Source of the DNA: Escherichia coli
Lineage (GTDB): Bacteria; Pseudomonadota; Gammaproteobacteria; Enterobacterales; Enterobacteriaceae
DNA length: 64,000 bases
Direction: 5' to 3' (one strand)
Assembly: GCF_003790525.1 (NCBI RefSeq)
Contig: NZ_CP033635.1
Of the stretch, positions 30,656 to 50,461 are shown one piece after another. The notes beneath the pieces are model-generated. The model was not told the origin of the DNA. It did no database searches and saw nothing but the letters and a program-made list of their open reading frames with translations. The position numbers and the translations under genes were made by a program. Positions within the stretch are counted from its first letter, which is position 1. Every line of letters begins with the position of its first letter.

Positions 30656-31378
30656 ATGGGTAAAGCCCAACCCTTGCCAATATTAATTACTGGCGGTGGT
30701 CGTCGCATCGGCCTCGCCCTCGCATGGCATTTCATTAATCAAAAGCAACCGGTGATTATCAGCTATCGGACGCACTATCCCGCCATTGATGGACTTATTA
30801 ACGCAGGTGCGCAGTGTATTCAGGCTGATTTTTCGACCAACGACGGTGTGATGGCGTTTGCCGATGAAGTACTAAAAAGCACCCATGGCCTGCGTGCTAT
30901 TTTGCATAACGCCAGCGCGTGGATGGCAGAAAAACCAGGTACATCACTGACCGACGTACTGGCTTGCATGATGCAGATCCACGTTAATACCCCATACCTA
31001 CTCAACCATGCACTGGAAAGATTACTGCGTGGGCACGGACACGCCGCCAGCGATATCATTCACTTTACCGATTATGTGGTGGAGCGCGGTAGCGACAAAC
31101 ATATTGCCTATGCTGCAAGCAAAGCGGCACTGGATAATATGACCCGCTCGTTTGCCCGCAAGCTGGCACCGGAAGTGAAAGTGAATTCTATTGCGCCATC
31201 GCTAATCCTGTTTAATGAACATGATGATGCCGAATATCGACAACAGGCGCTGAATAAATCACTGATGAAAACCGCGCCTGGCGAGAAAGAAGTGATCGAC
31301 CTGGTCGATTACTTACTTACCAGCTGCTTTGTCACCGGACGCAGTTTCCCTCTTGATGGCGGTCGTCATCTGCGTTAA
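30656..31378 (+). CDS. folM: dihydromonapterin reductase (short-chain dehydrogenase)
   Basis: 240 aa, SDR fold (TGGGRRIG cofactor motif). Confidence 0.88.
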   Translation: MGKAQPLPILITGGGRRIGLALAWHFINQKQPVIISYRTHYPAIDGLINAGAQCIQADFSTNDGVMAFADEVLKSTHGLRAILHNASAWMAEKPGTSLTDVLACMMQIHVNTPYLLNHALERLLRGHGHAASDIIHFTDYVVERGSDKHIAYAASKAALDNMTRSFARKLAPEVKVNSIAPSLILFNEHDDAEYRQQALNKSLMKTAPGEKEVIDLVDYLLTSCFVTGRSFPLDGGRHLR

Positions 31379-31710
31379 TGCAGCTTTATCCAGCATATAA
31401 TCAACACCCATGCGCTTATCCCCCAACACGCAACAGAACCAACAAAAGCGGCGGGCAAGCGCATCATTCCGGTGAAATACCACAGCGACGCCAGGTAAAC
31501 AAAATAGGGAATAATCGACCACATACTAAAAATGATGGTTGCGCGTAAGGCTTCAATGCCGCGTTCGCTGGCAACAATATAATGCGCGATAAGCGCAAAG
31601 GTCGGGAAAAGTGGAATCAGCCCGGCGATATAATAATTTTTCGTTTTTGCTAAAACACCAATCAACAGCACTACCAGCGCACCGAGCGCGGCTTTGATTA
31701 CCAGCCCCAT
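31375..31710 (-). CDS. ydgC: GlpM-family inner membrane protein
   Basis: 111 aa, hydrophobic; convergent with folM with a 4-nt overlap. Confidence 0.8.
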   Translation of the reverse strand: MGLVIKAALGALVVLLIGVLAKTKNYYIAGLIPLFPTFALIAHYIVASERGIEALRATIIFSMWSIIPYFVYLASLWYFTGMMRLPAAFVGSVACWGISAWVLIICWIKLH

Positions 31711-31838
31711 CTTTTTACCTTAACACTTCCATAACAAGTCATCAGTAGAATACCTGATGAAACCTTGTTTAGAAACGATTGATAGTAAGTAAAAACAGTG
31801 CGGTGTATTGTGACGTTTTTATATCTACCGTGAATGTT

Positions 31839-32558
31839 ATGAACACTATCGTATTTGTGGAAGATGATGCGGAAGTCGGTGCACTGATTGCCGCATACCT
31901 GGCAAAACATGATATGCAGGTTACCGTAGAGCCGCGCGGCGACCGGGCCGAAGAAACTATTCTGCGAGAAAATCCGGATTTGGTGTTACTCGACATCATG
32001 CTACCAGGCAAGGACGGCATGACCATTTGTCGTGATTTACGCGCAAAGTGGTCCGGACCGATTGTTCTTCTAACCTCTCTCGATAGCGATATGAACCACA
32101 TCCTGGCACTGGAAATGGGCGCCTGCGACTATATTCTCAAAACGACGCCCCCTGCTGTTTTGCTAGCGCGTTTACGTTTGCATTTGCGTCAGAATGAGCA
32201 AGCCACAGTGACCAAAGGTATTCAGGAAACGTCTCTGACTCCCTACAAAGCCCTGCATTTCGGCACGTTGACCATCGATCCCATCAACCGCGTAGTCACC
32301 CTGGCTAACACTGAAATCTCGCTCTCGACAGCTGATTTCGAATTATTGTGGGAATTAGCTACCCATGCCGGGCAAATCATGGACCGCGATGCATTGCTGA
32401 AAAATTTACGCGGCGTCAGTTATGACGGTCTGGATCGTAGCGTGGACGTGGCTATTTCGCGGTTAAGAAAAAAACTGCTCGATAACGCCGCAGAACCTTA
32501 TCGTATTAAAACCGTGCGTAACAAAGGCTATCTTTTTGCGCCTCATGCGTGGGAATAA
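31839..32558 (+). CDS. rstA: two-component response regulator RstA (OmpR family)
   Basis: 239 aa from MNTIVFVEDDAEVG...; receiver plus winged-helix domains. Confidence 0.9.
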   Translation: MNTIVFVEDDAEVGALIAAYLAKHDMQVTVEPRGDRAEETILRENPDLVLLDIMLPGKDGMTICRDLRAKWSGPIVLLTSLDSDMNHILALEMGACDYILKTTPPAVLLARLRLHLRQNEQATVTKGIQETSLTPYKALHFGTLTIDPINRVVTLANTEISLSTADFELLWELATHAGQIMDRDALLKNLRGVSYDGLDRSVDVAISRLRKKLLDNAAEPYRIKTVRNKGYLFAPHAWE

Positions 32559-32561
32559 GCG

Positions 32562-33863
32562 ATGAAAAAACTGTTTATCCAGTTTTACCTGTTATTGTTT
32601 GTCTGCTTCCTTGTGATGTCTCTGCTGGTCGGGCTGGTGTACAAATTTACCGCCGAACGCGCAGGCAAACAGTCGCTGGATGATTTGATGAACAGTTCGC
32701 TGTATCTGATGCGCAGCGAATTGCGTGAGATCCCCCCACACGACTGGGGTAAGACGCTGAAAGAGATGGATTTAAATCTCTCTTTCGATCTGCGTGTCGA
32801 GCCGCTGAGTAAATACCATCTTGATGATATTTCCATGCACCGGCTGCGTGGCGGCGAAATTGTCGCTCTGGACGATCAGTACACCTTTTTGCAACGTATC
32901 CCGCGCAGCCACTACGTGCTGGCAGTTGGTCCTGTTCCTTATCTTTATTACCTCCATCAGATGCGATTACTGGATATCGCCCTGATCGCTTTTATTGCTA
33001 TTTCCCTCGCCTTTCCGGTGTTTATCTGGATGCGTCCGCACTGGCAGGATATGTTAAAACTGGAAGCAGCGGCGCAACGATTTGGCGATGGGCATCTCAA
33101 TGAACGTATCCACTTTGATGAGGGTTCGAGCTTTGAACGACTTGGTGTTGCATTTAACCAGATGGCGGACAATATCAACGCCTTGATTGCCAGCAAAAAA
33201 CAGCTTATTGACGGTATCGCTCACGAACTGCGAACACCGTTAGTGCGCCTGCGTTATCGACTGGAGATGAGCGATAACCTGAGCGCCGCCGAATCCCAGG
33301 CGTTGAACCGCGATATCAGTCAACTTGAAGCTTTAATTGAAGAGCTTCTGACTTATGCCCGACTCGATCGCCCACAAAATGAGCTTCATCTTAGCGAACC
33401 AGACCTGCCGTTGTGGCTGTCAACGCATCTGGCAGATATTCAGGCAGTAACGCCCGATAAAACGGTACGGATAAAAACGCTCATGCAAGGCCATTATGCG
33501 GCGTTGGATATGCGCTTAATGGAGCGCGTGCTGGATAATTTGCTCAATAACGCCCTGCGCTACTGTCATTCAACGGTTGAAACCAGCCTGCTACTGTCGG
33601 GGAATAGAGCGACATTAATTGTTGAGGATGATGGCCCAGGGATTGCCCCAGAAAACCGCGAACATATCTTTGAACCTTTTGTTCGCCTCGATCCCAGCCG
33701 GGATCGCTCAACCGGCGGCTGCGGGCTGGGGCTGGCAATTGTCCACTCTATAGCACTGGCAATGGGCGGTACGGTTAATTGTGACACCAGCGAACTGGGT
33801 GGTGCCCGCTTCTCGTTTAGCTGGCCGTTATGGCATAACATCCCGCAATTTACCTCTGCCTGA
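32562..33863 (+). CDS. rstB: two-component sensor histidine kinase RstB
   Basis: 433 aa; TM segments, HAMP, H-box (IAHELRTPL) and ATPase domain. Confidence 0.9.
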   Translation: MKKLFIQFYLLLFVCFLVMSLLVGLVYKFTAERAGKQSLDDLMNSSLYLMRSELREIPPHDWGKTLKEMDLNLSFDLRVEPLSKYHLDDISMHRLRGGEIVALDDQYTFLQRIPRSHYVLAVGPVPYLYYLHQMRLLDIALIAFIAISLAFPVFIWMRPHWQDMLKLEAAAQRFGDGHLNERIHFDEGSSFERLGVAFNQMADNINALIASKKQLIDGIAHELRTPLVRLRYRLEMSDNLSAAESQALNRDISQLEALIEELLTYARLDRPQNELHLSEPDLPLWLSTHLADIQAVTPDKTVRIKTLMQGHYAALDMRLMERVLDNLLNNALRYCHSTVETSLLLSGNRATLIVEDDGPGIAPENREHIFEPFVRLDPSRDRSTGGCGLGLAIVHSIALAMGGTVNCDTSELGGARFSFSWPLWHNIPQFTSA

Positions 33864-33905
33864 CACTATGCGCACGGTGGTCAAGTCACCACCATTGTGC
33901 TATAA

Positions 33906-36268
<2,363 letters not shown>

Positions 36269-36380
36269 GGCCTGCTCCTCACCTGATTAATTTTTTCTTT
36301 CTGTTTTGCTTTCGTTAAGCAACTTTTAGCTCACTCATTATTTACTATTTGATAACAAATGTTTGGTCTTTCGTGCCATG

Positions 36381-36404
36381 TAAAAAAACCGCCCCGAAGG
36401 GCGG
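36381..36404 (-). terminator. rho-independent terminator downstream of fumA
   Basis: Minus-strand hairpin ccgccc-ttcg-gggcgg followed by TTTTTTT. Confidence 0.55.
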
Positions 36405-36410
36405 CTCTGT

Positions 36411-38057
36411 TTATTTCACACAGCGGGTGCACTGTGTGAGTTGTATCTGCTGGAAGAAGTCATTTCCTTTATCATCCACAAGGATAAATGCCGGGAAATC
36501 TTCCACTTCAATTTTCCAGATGGCTTCCATTCCCAGTTCCGGATATTCAACACATTCCAGGCTCTTAATACTACCCTGCGCCAATACAGCGGCCGGACCA
36601 CCGATACTGCCAAGGTAGAAACCGCCGTGTTTTTTACAGGCATCCGTCACCTGCTGGCTGCGGTTGCCTTTCGCCAGCATGATCATACTTCCTCCCTGCG
36701 CTTGCAGTTGATCGACATAAGAATCCATCCGTCCGGCGGTCGTTGGGCCAAGAGAACCGGAGGCATAACCTTCCGGCGTTTTGGCCGGACCCGCATAGTA
36801 AATCGGATGATCTTTGATGTACTGCGGCAGCCCTTCACCGTTATCCATCCGCTCTTTCAGTTTGGCGTGAGCAATATCACGACCGACGATAATCGTGCCA
36901 TTCAGCGATAAGCGTGTAGAAACGGGATACTGCGACAACTGTGCGAGGATCTCTTTCATCGGACGGTTAAGGTCAACGCGCACCGCTTCGCCTTCTCCCG
37001 CTTTGCGCAGCTCTTCCGGGATATATTTTCCTGGATTATGTTCCAGTTTTTCGATCCAGATCCCCTGACGGTTGATCTTCGCTTTGATATTACGGTCAGC
37101 AGAACAGGAGACGCCCATACCGACCGGGCAGGATGCGCCGTGACGTGGCAGGCGAATCACGCGGATGTCGTGAGCGAAGTATTTACCACCAAACTGCGCA
37201 CCCAGACCAAGATTTTGCGCTTCGATCAGCAATTCTTTTTCCAGTTCCACATCGCGGAACGCCTGTCCGTGCTCATTCCCTTCCGTTGGCAGTTCATCAT
37301 AGTATTTAGCGGAAGCCAGTTTCACCGTTTTAAGGTTCGTTTCTGCAGAAGTTCCACCAATAACGAACGCAATATGATACGGAGGACAGGCCGCCGTACC
37401 CAGCGTGCGCATCTTCTCAACCAGGTAATTTTTCAGTTTCCCCGGCGTTAGTAACGCTTTGGTTTCCTGATACAGATACGTCTTGTTTGCCGAACCGCCA
37501 CCTTTGGCGATACAGAGGAATTTGTACTCGTCGCCATCAACGGCATAAAGATCGATCTGCGCTGGTAGATTGGTGCCGGTATTCACCTCTTTATACATAT
37601 CCAGCGGCGCGTTTTGCGAGTAGCGCAGATTATCTTCGATATAAGTGTTATAGACACCGCGTGCCAGCGCCGCTTCATCACCGCCACCGGTCCATACACG
37701 CTGCCCTTTTTTACCAACAATAATCGCGGTGCCGGTATCCTGACAGGTCGGCAGAATGCCTTTCGCCGCGATGTCGGAGTTACGCAGGAATTGCAGCGCC
37801 ACATATTTATCATTTTCGCTGGCTTCCGGGTCACGCAGAATGTCGGCCACCTGTTGTTGGTGAGCCGGACGCAGCATAAATGACGCATCATGAAACGCTT
37901 GACGCGCCAACAGAGTTAACGCTTCGGGTGCGACTTTCAAAATCTCCTGCCCTTCAAATTCAGATACGCTAACGTGTTCGCTGGTTAGCAGGTAATACTC
38001 AGTATCATCTTTTTTGAGTGGAAAAGGAGCCTGATAATGAAAGGGTTTGTTTGACAT
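36411..38057 (-). CDS. fumA: fumarate hydratase class I (Fe-S)
   Basis: 548-aa ORF, upstream of fumC in the same orientation. Confidence 0.92.
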   Translation of the reverse strand: MSNKPFHYQAPFPLKKDDTEYYLLTSEHVSVSEFEGQEILKVAPEALTLLARQAFHDASFMLRPAHQQQVADILRDPEASENDKYVALQFLRNSDIAAKGILPTCQDTGTAIIVGKKGQRVWTGGGDEAALARGVYNTYIEDNLRYSQNAPLDMYKEVNTGTNLPAQIDLYAVDGDEYKFLCIAKGGGSANKTYLYQETKALLTPGKLKNYLVEKMRTLGTAACPPYHIAFVIGGTSAETNLKTVKLASAKYYDELPTEGNEHGQAFRDVELEKELLIEAQNLGLGAQFGGKYFAHDIRVIRLPRHGASCPVGMGVSCSADRNIKAKINRQGIWIEKLEHNPGKYIPEELRKAGEGEAVRVDLNRPMKEILAQLSQYPVSTRLSLNGTIIVGRDIAHAKLKERMDNGEGLPQYIKDHPIYYAGPAKTPEGYASGSLGPTTAGRMDSYVDQLQAQGGSMIMLAKGNRSQQVTDACKKHGGFYLGSIGGPAAVLAQGSIKSLECVEYPELGMEAIWKIEVEDFPAFILVDDKGNDFFQQIQLTQCTRCVK

Positions 38058-38255
38058 TGTTCTCTCACTTACTGCCTGGTTTGGTTATGCTCTGGGCGGG
38101 TGTTCCGTTGCCCTGTTAAAAGCGAGTAACAATATCCTACACACTTTTTTAACAAAAACTGAGACTAGTACGACTTTTTGCGGCTCCAGGTTACTTCCCG
38201 TAGGATTCTTGCTTTAATAGCGGGATTAATTTCCACATTAAAACAGGGATTGATC

Positions 38256-39431
38256 ATGCAAAAACTCATTAACTCAGTGCAAAACTATGCCTGGGGCAGC
38301 AAAACGGCGTTGACTGAACTTTATGGTATGGAAAATCCGTCCAGCCAGCCGATGGCCGAGCTGTGGATGGGCGCACATCCGAAAAGCAGTTCACGAGTGC
38401 AGAATGCCGCCGGAGATATCGTTTCACTGCGTGATGTGATTGAGAGTGATAAAGCGACTCTTTTGGGAGATGCCGTTGCCAAACGCTTTGGCGAACTGCC
38501 TTTCCTGTTCAAAGTATTATGCGCAGCACAGCCGCTCTCCATTCAGGTTCATCCAAACAAACGCAATTCTGAAATCGGTTTTGCCAAAGAAAATGCCGCA
38601 GGTATTCCGATGGATGCCGCCGAGCGTAACTATAAAGATCCTAACCACAAGCCGGAGCTGGTTTTTGCGCTGACGCCTTTCCTTGCGATGAACGCGTTTC
38701 GTGAGTTTTCCGAGATTGTCTCCCTGCTCCAGCCGGTCGCAGGTGCACATCCGGCGATTGCTCACTTTTTACAACAGCCTGATGCCGAACGTTTAAGCGA
38801 ACTGTTCGCCAGCCTGTTGAATATGCAGGGTGAAGAAAAATCCCGCGCGCTGGCGATTTTAAAATCGGCCCTCGACAGCCAGCAGGGTGAACCGTGGCAA
38901 ACGATTCGTTTAATTTCTGAATTTTACCCGGATGACAGCGGTCTGTTCTCCCCGCTGTTGCTGAATGTGGTGAAATTGAATCCTGGCGAAGCGATGTTCC
39001 TGTTCGCTGAAACGCCGCACGCTTACCTGCAAGGCGTGGCGCTGGAAGTGATGGCGAACTCCGATAACGTGCTGCGTGCGGGTCTGACGCCTAAATATAT
39101 TGATATTCCGGAACTGGTTGCCAATGTGAAGTTCGAAGCCAAACCGGCTAACCAGTTGTTGACCCAGCCGGTGAAACAAGGTGCAGAACTGGACTTCCCG
39201 ATTCCTGTGGATGATTTTGCCTTCTCGCTGCATGACCTTAGTGATAAAGAAACCACCATTAGCCAGCAGAGTGCCGCCATTTTGTTCTGCGTCGAAGGCG
39301 ATGCAACGCTGTGTAAAGGTTCTCAGCAGTTACAGCTTAAACCGGGTGAATCAGCGTTTATTGCCGCCAACGAATCACCGGTGACTGTCAAAGGCCACGG
39401 TCGTTTAGCGCGTGTTTACAACAAGCTGTAA
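38256..39431 (+). CDS. manA: mannose-6-phosphate isomerase
   Basis: 391 aa from MQKLINSVQNYAWGSKTALTELYG...; start at the internal ATG matching ManA. Confidence 0.92.
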   Translation: MQKLINSVQNYAWGSKTALTELYGMENPSSQPMAELWMGAHPKSSSRVQNAAGDIVSLRDVIESDKATLLGDAVAKRFGELPFLFKVLCAAQPLSIQVHPNKRNSEIGFAKENAAGIPMDAAERNYKDPNHKPELVFALTPFLAMNAFREFSEIVSLLQPVAGAHPAIAHFLQQPDAERLSELFASLLNMQGEEKSRALAILKSALDSQQGEPWQTIRLISEFYPDDSGLFSPLLLNVVKLNPGEAMFLFAETPHAYLQGVALEVMANSDNVLRAGLTPKYIDIPELVANVKFEAKPANQLLTQPVKQGAELDFPIPVDDFAFSLHDLSDKETTISQQSAAILFCVEGDATLCKGSQQLQLKPGESAFIAANESPVTVKGHGRLARVYNKL

Positions 39432-39531
39432 GAGCTTACTGAAAAAATTAACATCTCTTGCTAAGCTTATTAAAGGCTTATAACACCTTCAGGCGGCCAG
39501 TCCGCCTGATTTCATTTTATGGATAATCATT

Positions 39532-41040
39532 ATGAATAAATCGCTGGTAGCGGTAGGCGTCATTGTTGCGCTAGGCGTAGTCTGGACAGGCGGCGCATGG
39601 TATACAGGCAAGAAGATTGAAACCCATCTCGAAGACATGGTCGCGCAGGCGAACGCGCAACTCAAACTGACCGCTCCTGAATCCAACCTGGAAGTGAGTT
39701 ATCAAAACTATCATCGCGGCGTATTCAGCAGTCAGCTGCAACTGTTGGTGAAACCCATTGCCGGGAAAGAAAATCCGTGGATTAAAAGCGGTCAGAGCGT
39801 CATCTTCAACGAATCGGTTGATCATGGTCCCTTCCCCCTTGCCCAGCTAAAAAAACTGAACCTGCTCCCGTCGATGGCATCAATTCAAACCACGCTGGTT
39901 AATAACGAAGTTAGCAAGCCACTGTTTGATATGGCAAAAGGTGAAACGCCTTTTGAGATTAACTCCCGCATTGGTTACAGCGGAGATTCCAGTTCCGATA
40001 TTTCGCTCAAGCCGCTGAATTACGAGCAAAAGGATGAAAAAGTCGCCTTTAGCGGCGGCGAGTTCCAGTTAAATGCGGACAGAGACGGCAAAGCTATCTC
40101 CCTTTCCGGAGAGGCGCAAAGTGGTCGGATAGACGCAGTTAACGAATACAACCAGAAAGTGCAGTTGACCTTTAATAATCTGAAAACCGACGGTTCCAGC
40201 ACGCTGGCAAGTTTTGGTGAGCGCGTAGGAAACCAAAAACTGTCACTGGAAAAAATGACCATTTCAGTGGAAGGCAAAGAACTGGCACTGCTGGAAGGCA
40301 TGGAGATCAGCGGTAAATCGGATCTGGTCAATGACGGTAAAACGATCAATAGCCAACTGGATTACTCGCTAAACAGCCTGAAGGTACAGAATCAGGATCT
40401 GGGCAGTGGCAAGCTGACTTTAAAAGTCGGCCAGATTGATGGTGAAGCCTGGCATCAGTTTAGCCAGCAATATAACGCGCAAACTCAGGCGCTGCTGGCA
40501 CAGCCAGAAATTGCCAACAATCCCGAACTTTATCAGGAGAAAGTGACGGAAGCCTTCTTTAGCGCCCTGCCGCTGATGTTGAAAGGCGATCCGGTGATTA
40601 CTATCGCGCCGCTAAGCTGGAAAAACAGTCAGGGTGAAAGTGCGCTGAATCTGTCGCTGTTCCTGAAAGATCCGGCAACGACTAAAGAAGCGCCGCAAAC
40701 GCTGACGCAGGAAGTAGATCGTTCGGTTAAATCTCTGGATGCGAAACTGACCATTCCGGTGGATATGGCAACTGAGTTGATGACTCAGGTAGCGAAGCTG
40801 GAAGGTTATCAGGAAGATCAAGCGAAAAAACTGGCGAAACAGCAAGTTGAAGGTGCATCAGCAATGGGGCAGATGTTCCGTCTGACCACCTTGCAGGACA
40901 ATACCATCACCACCAGCCTGCAATATGCTAACGGTCAGATAACGTTAAACGGGCAGAAAATGCCACTGGAAGATTTCGTGGGTATGTTTGCGATGCCGAC
41001 ATTAAACGTTCCGGCTGTACCCGCTATTCCGCAGCAGTAA
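39532..41040 (+). CDS. ydgA: DUF945-family periplasmic/membrane-anchored protein
   Basis: 502 aa with N-terminal signal/anchor; K-12 gene order. Confidence 0.85.
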   Translation: MNKSLVAVGVIVALGVVWTGGAWYTGKKIETHLEDMVAQANAQLKLTAPESNLEVSYQNYHRGVFSSQLQLLVKPIAGKENPWIKSGQSVIFNESVDHGPFPLAQLKKLNLLPSMASIQTTLVNNEVSKPLFDMAKGETPFEINSRIGYSGDSSSDISLKPLNYEQKDEKVAFSGGEFQLNADRDGKAISLSGEAQSGRIDAVNEYNQKVQLTFNNLKTDGSSTLASFGERVGNQKLSLEKMTISVEGKELALLEGMEISGKSDLVNDGKTINSQLDYSLNSLKVQNQDLGSGKLTLKVGQIDGEAWHQFSQQYNAQTQALLAQPEIANNPELYQEKVTEAFFSALPLMLKGDPVITIAPLSWKNSQGESALNLSLFLKDPATTKEAPQTLTQEVDRSVKSLDAKLTIPVDMATELMTQVAKLEGYQEDQAKKLAKQQVEGASAMGQMFRLTTLQDNTITTSLQYANGQITLNGQKMPLEDFVGMFAMPTLNVPAVPAIPQQ

Positions 41041-41050
41041 TTCACAGCCA

Positions 41051-41085
41051 AAACGCCGGAGATTTTTCTCTCCGGCGTTTTTTCT
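41051..41085 (+). terminator. rho-independent terminator after ydgA
   Basis: acgccggaga-ttttt-ctctccggcgt followed by tttttc. Confidence 0.6.
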
Positions 41086-42350
41086 TACTTCAGCATAAAG
41101 TCATACTGAATACTCATTTTCACATCCCAGTAATTCAGGCGATCGCCCAGCGTACTGCCATCGCGCTTTTCCCGCCCTTTATCGGCAGCAAGAAAGAAAT
41201 TCATCCCTTGTAACGGCCCTTCGCTGACCCGATAGTTCATACCCCCTAAGATACCCGCGCCTTCAATCCGCACATCTCGTTTACTGGATTCATAGCCGCG
41301 GGTCACAATCGGTGCAAATGTCAGCGTAAATTGCGGAGTTAAACGATAGTTGACGCCCAATTGCCAGGACTGCATTCCTTCACGGTTACGATCAAGACTT
41401 AATGAAAAGGGATAGCCAATGTCGGTGTCCACCACGGCACCATTCATTGCATGGCGCAAATAACCACCACTGCCAAATACGCTTCCCCACGGCGCATTCC
41501 AGGTCAATTGTCCACTAACCAACGCCGTTTCATTGGGCTGGCTGGTATTACGACTTAAACCTTCGAGTTGCGCGTAAAAGCCGAGCAACTCCCCTTTCAA
41601 CGTATAATTCGGGTCGAGCGGTATGCTTTTCTCGAGAATACTTTGTAACTGATTGGAAACATCTTTCTGTACCGATGCCCCCAGAGAATAGCGACTGGTA
41701 TCATCATGCCAACTGGCGGCTAAAAAAGAACGTGCGCGATGTTTATCGTATTTTCCCGTCTGGCTGTTATACACCCCTTCATCACGAATACCGGTTGTTG
41801 AATCGGTCCATAAAAATACTCGTGAACGCCACATTCCCCACAGATCAATATTTGGCGTTAAAGCCCAATAACCTAATGCTCCTTCAGAAACTGTCGGTAA
41901 TGTACGTTGCGAACTGCCAGCCATTAACGGAATACGATAAGGTAAGCTACCATAACTATAATCCGTCCCGAAGCGACCTAATTTAAGCAGACTACTTTCA
42001 CTGGGTTTTATTTTTACTGCCCCCAGGGCAAAGCCAAAACTTTTATCACCATCAAGATACCACCGGGTACTCATATCAGCACGAGCACCTAATTTATAAA
42101 CATAATACGCCCCGCCTTCAACGCCAATAATATTGGAATAGTAACCACTATTGAAATCGAGCAATCCTCCCTGTACCCATGCGTAAATATCTCTTCCCGC
42201 GCCAGCACTGGGCTTATCAGCCCTGCGTAATTCATTTTTCAGTCTGATGCGTAGTCCCGCTTCATCGTCAGCCAGTTGCGCCGCATAAGCAGAGGTAAGG
42301 CCAGAGGCAGCCGTCAGGCAAATAACGGCCATGGCCACTATTTTTCTCAT
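41085..42350 (-). CDS. uidC: outer membrane beta-barrel protein for glucuronide uptake
   Basis: 421 aa, signal peptide, C-terminal aromatic residue pattern typical of OM porins; last gene of uidABC. Confidence 0.85.
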   Translation of the reverse strand: MRKIVAMAVICLTAASGLTSAYAAQLADDEAGLRIRLKNELRRADKPSAGAGRDIYAWVQGGLLDFNSGYYSNIIGVEGGAYYVYKLGARADMSTRWYLDGDKSFGFALGAVKIKPSESSLLKLGRFGTDYSYGSLPYRIPLMAGSSQRTLPTVSEGALGYWALTPNIDLWGMWRSRVFLWTDSTTGIRDEGVYNSQTGKYDKHRARSFLAASWHDDTSRYSLGASVQKDVSNQLQSILEKSIPLDPNYTLKGELLGFYAQLEGLSRNTSQPNETALVSGQLTWNAPWGSVFGSGGYLRHAMNGAVVDTDIGYPFSLSLDRNREGMQSWQLGVNYRLTPQFTLTFAPIVTRGYESSKRDVRIEGAGILGGMNYRVSEGPLQGMNFFLAADKGREKRDGSTLGDRLNYWDVKMSIQYDFMLK

Positions 42351-42388
42351 AGTTGCACCTTTGATGTTCTGATTATTTTTATTGAATA

Positions 42389-45621
<3,233 letters not shown>

Positions 45622-45959
45622 TTAACCAATTCTGTGTTGCACACAGTTATCTGTGAGAAACCCACGGAAGAGAAATGGAAATAAAAAGAACTGACACCGC
45701 GATCAAAAAACCAAAAACTGCAATACCCACAGCGTGATATTGATCGCATTAATCTTTAAAACAGCGTTGACAGAAGCCACAAAATAAGCAATCGAACGTT
45801 CGTTCGAACATATTGGGAACGATAAACCCTCATGATATATTGCTACGATGAATATTTAGGTGGGATTCTCCGATCCCGGGGAGGATGATTTTTGCACAGA
45901 GAAATTACGATATGAAACGCGGGCTCAGTTGTCACCAGCCCGCGGAAAGAGAGAGAGGA

Positions 45960-46547
45960 TCAGGATGCGGTTAATATACCGCCAATCATCGCGCGTAATC
46001 CCTGAGCAAACGACGCTTCACGCGCCAGATCTTCCGCTTCGATATCGGCCAGTACACCGTAGGTCAGATCCAGCAGTAAACGTGAAGTCATTGCCGTGTT
46101 GATATCTGGGCTTATCTCGCCTTTTTGCTGGGCATCACGCATCCGCTGGGCAACAAATTCCGTGATCGTCATATGCTTATTTTTAAGCATGGCGGCGACC
46201 TGTGGGTTACGCATCCCTTCCGCCATAATTTCGACCACCAGCGCCCGTTGCCCAAAGGCTTCATGGGTGAGAGAGACAATAGACTCGACCATATAGTCAA
46301 CGAAATGAATCCCTTCAATCGGTTCCCGGAAACGGGCCAGCGCCCTCTCCTGGTCCTGTAAGATAATCGCCTGAATCAGGGCTTCTTTGGAGATGAAATG
46401 GTGATAGAGCGTCCCGGGACTAATGGCGCAAGATTTACAGATGGCTTTCATCGAGGCACTGTGAAATCCATTTTCTGAAAAAATCTCTCTGGCAGCATTG
46501 AGGATCCGGGTCCGTGTCGGTTGTGCTTCAGTTTGCATGTTATCCAT
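45960..46547 (-). CDS. uidR: TetR-family repressor of the uid operon
   Basis: 195 aa, N-terminal TetR HTH; upstream of uidA in the same orientation. Confidence 0.85.
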   Translation of the reverse strand: MDNMQTEAQPTRTRILNAAREIFSENGFHSASMKAICKSCAISPGTLYHHFISKEALIQAIILQDQERALARFREPIEGIHFVDYMVESIVSLTHEAFGQRALVVEIMAEGMRNPQVAAMLKNKHMTITEFVAQRMRDAQQKGEISPDINTAMTSRLLLDLTYGVLADIEAEDLAREASFAQGLRAMIGGILTAS

Positions 46548-46777
46548 CGTTAACCAATATAGTTAGCATGAATAACTAGTTTACCGCGTTGTCCGGTGAG
46601 CGCCTATCATTGCTGTTGAATAGTGCGAAGGCACACTCAATTCGTAAGCTTTTTATCCAGATATTGGTTAACCAATAGCCGTGATTTGGCTGCCAGTTGT
46701 TTAGCAGAGACGTTGATGAGTTGCACACGCTATCCCGGTAAACAACACATACGGCTGTTTACCGGTTCGTTAGTGTA

Positions 46778-47545
46778 TTAATTGAGCTCCTGTACCCCAC
46801 CACCGGAGACGGTGAGAATTTGTCCGCTTACCCAGCTGGCTGCAGGCGAGCAAAGGAACAGCGCCGCGTTAGCTATATCTTGCGGTTGGCCCAGACGTCT
46901 GATTGGTGTGTGTTGCAACATTTTCTGTTCAATTTCTGGTGTAATAACGGATTTCAGGGCATCGGTTAATATTGCCCCCGGCGCAATGCCATTCACCCGA
47001 ATATTTTTTTCACCAAGGTCAAACGCCATATTTCTGACCAGATGACTGGCCGCAGCTTTAGATGATGCATAGGAGGTCATGTTTATATTTTTATTTTCTG
47101 CCGCCATAGAAGTAATGGTCAAAATAACGCCACCGCCATTTTTTTCCATTTCTGGCGCAACAAGTTGTGACAGATGGAAAAAAGAAAATACATTCAGTTC
47201 ATAAGCGCGGCGAAAATCTGCCATTGGCATATCAAACGGTTTAGGACCACCGCCACCGGCGTTGTTAACCAGGATATCAACTTTACCCAACTTACTGACG
47301 GCAAAGTCTGCCAGTGCAGAGAGTTCCTGTTCGGAAGTAATATCGCAGCGGCAGGCAAATGCCTGACCACCCAGTTGTTGAATTTCATTTACAACATGAT
47401 TAGCTGCATCGGCATTAATATCACTGACCACCACAGATGCGCCAGCTGTCGCGAATGTAATGGCAATTTCTTTACCAATACCTGCACCCGCACCTGTGAT
47501 GATGGCGCATTTTCCGTCGAGTCTCAGGTTGTCAGAATTAAACAC
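46778..47545 (-). CDS. hdhA: 7-alpha-hydroxysteroid dehydrogenase (SDR)
   Basis: 255 aa, SDR motifs TGAGAGIG and YxxxK. Confidence 0.88.
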   Translation of the reverse strand: MFNSDNLRLDGKCAIITGAGAGIGKEIAITFATAGASVVVSDINADAANHVVNEIQQLGGQAFACRCDITSEQELSALADFAVSKLGKVDILVNNAGGGGPKPFDMPMADFRRAYELNVFSFFHLSQLVAPEMEKNGGGVILTITSMAAENKNINMTSYASSKAAASHLVRNMAFDLGEKNIRVNGIAPGAILTDALKSVITPEIEQKMLQHTPIRRLGQPQDIANAALFLCSPAASWVSGQILTVSGGGVQELN

Positions 47546-47656
47546 ATAAACCTCCTGTGAACTTCAGTAAAAATAAAAGGCACCGCCTGTGTGCCACATT
47601 TTTTATCATTAACCTTGAGGAAAGGACTCTACCAGGTATAGCAGATAAAGAGAGGA

Positions 47657-50452
<2,796 letters not shown>

Positions 50453-50461
50453 GGATAAGAT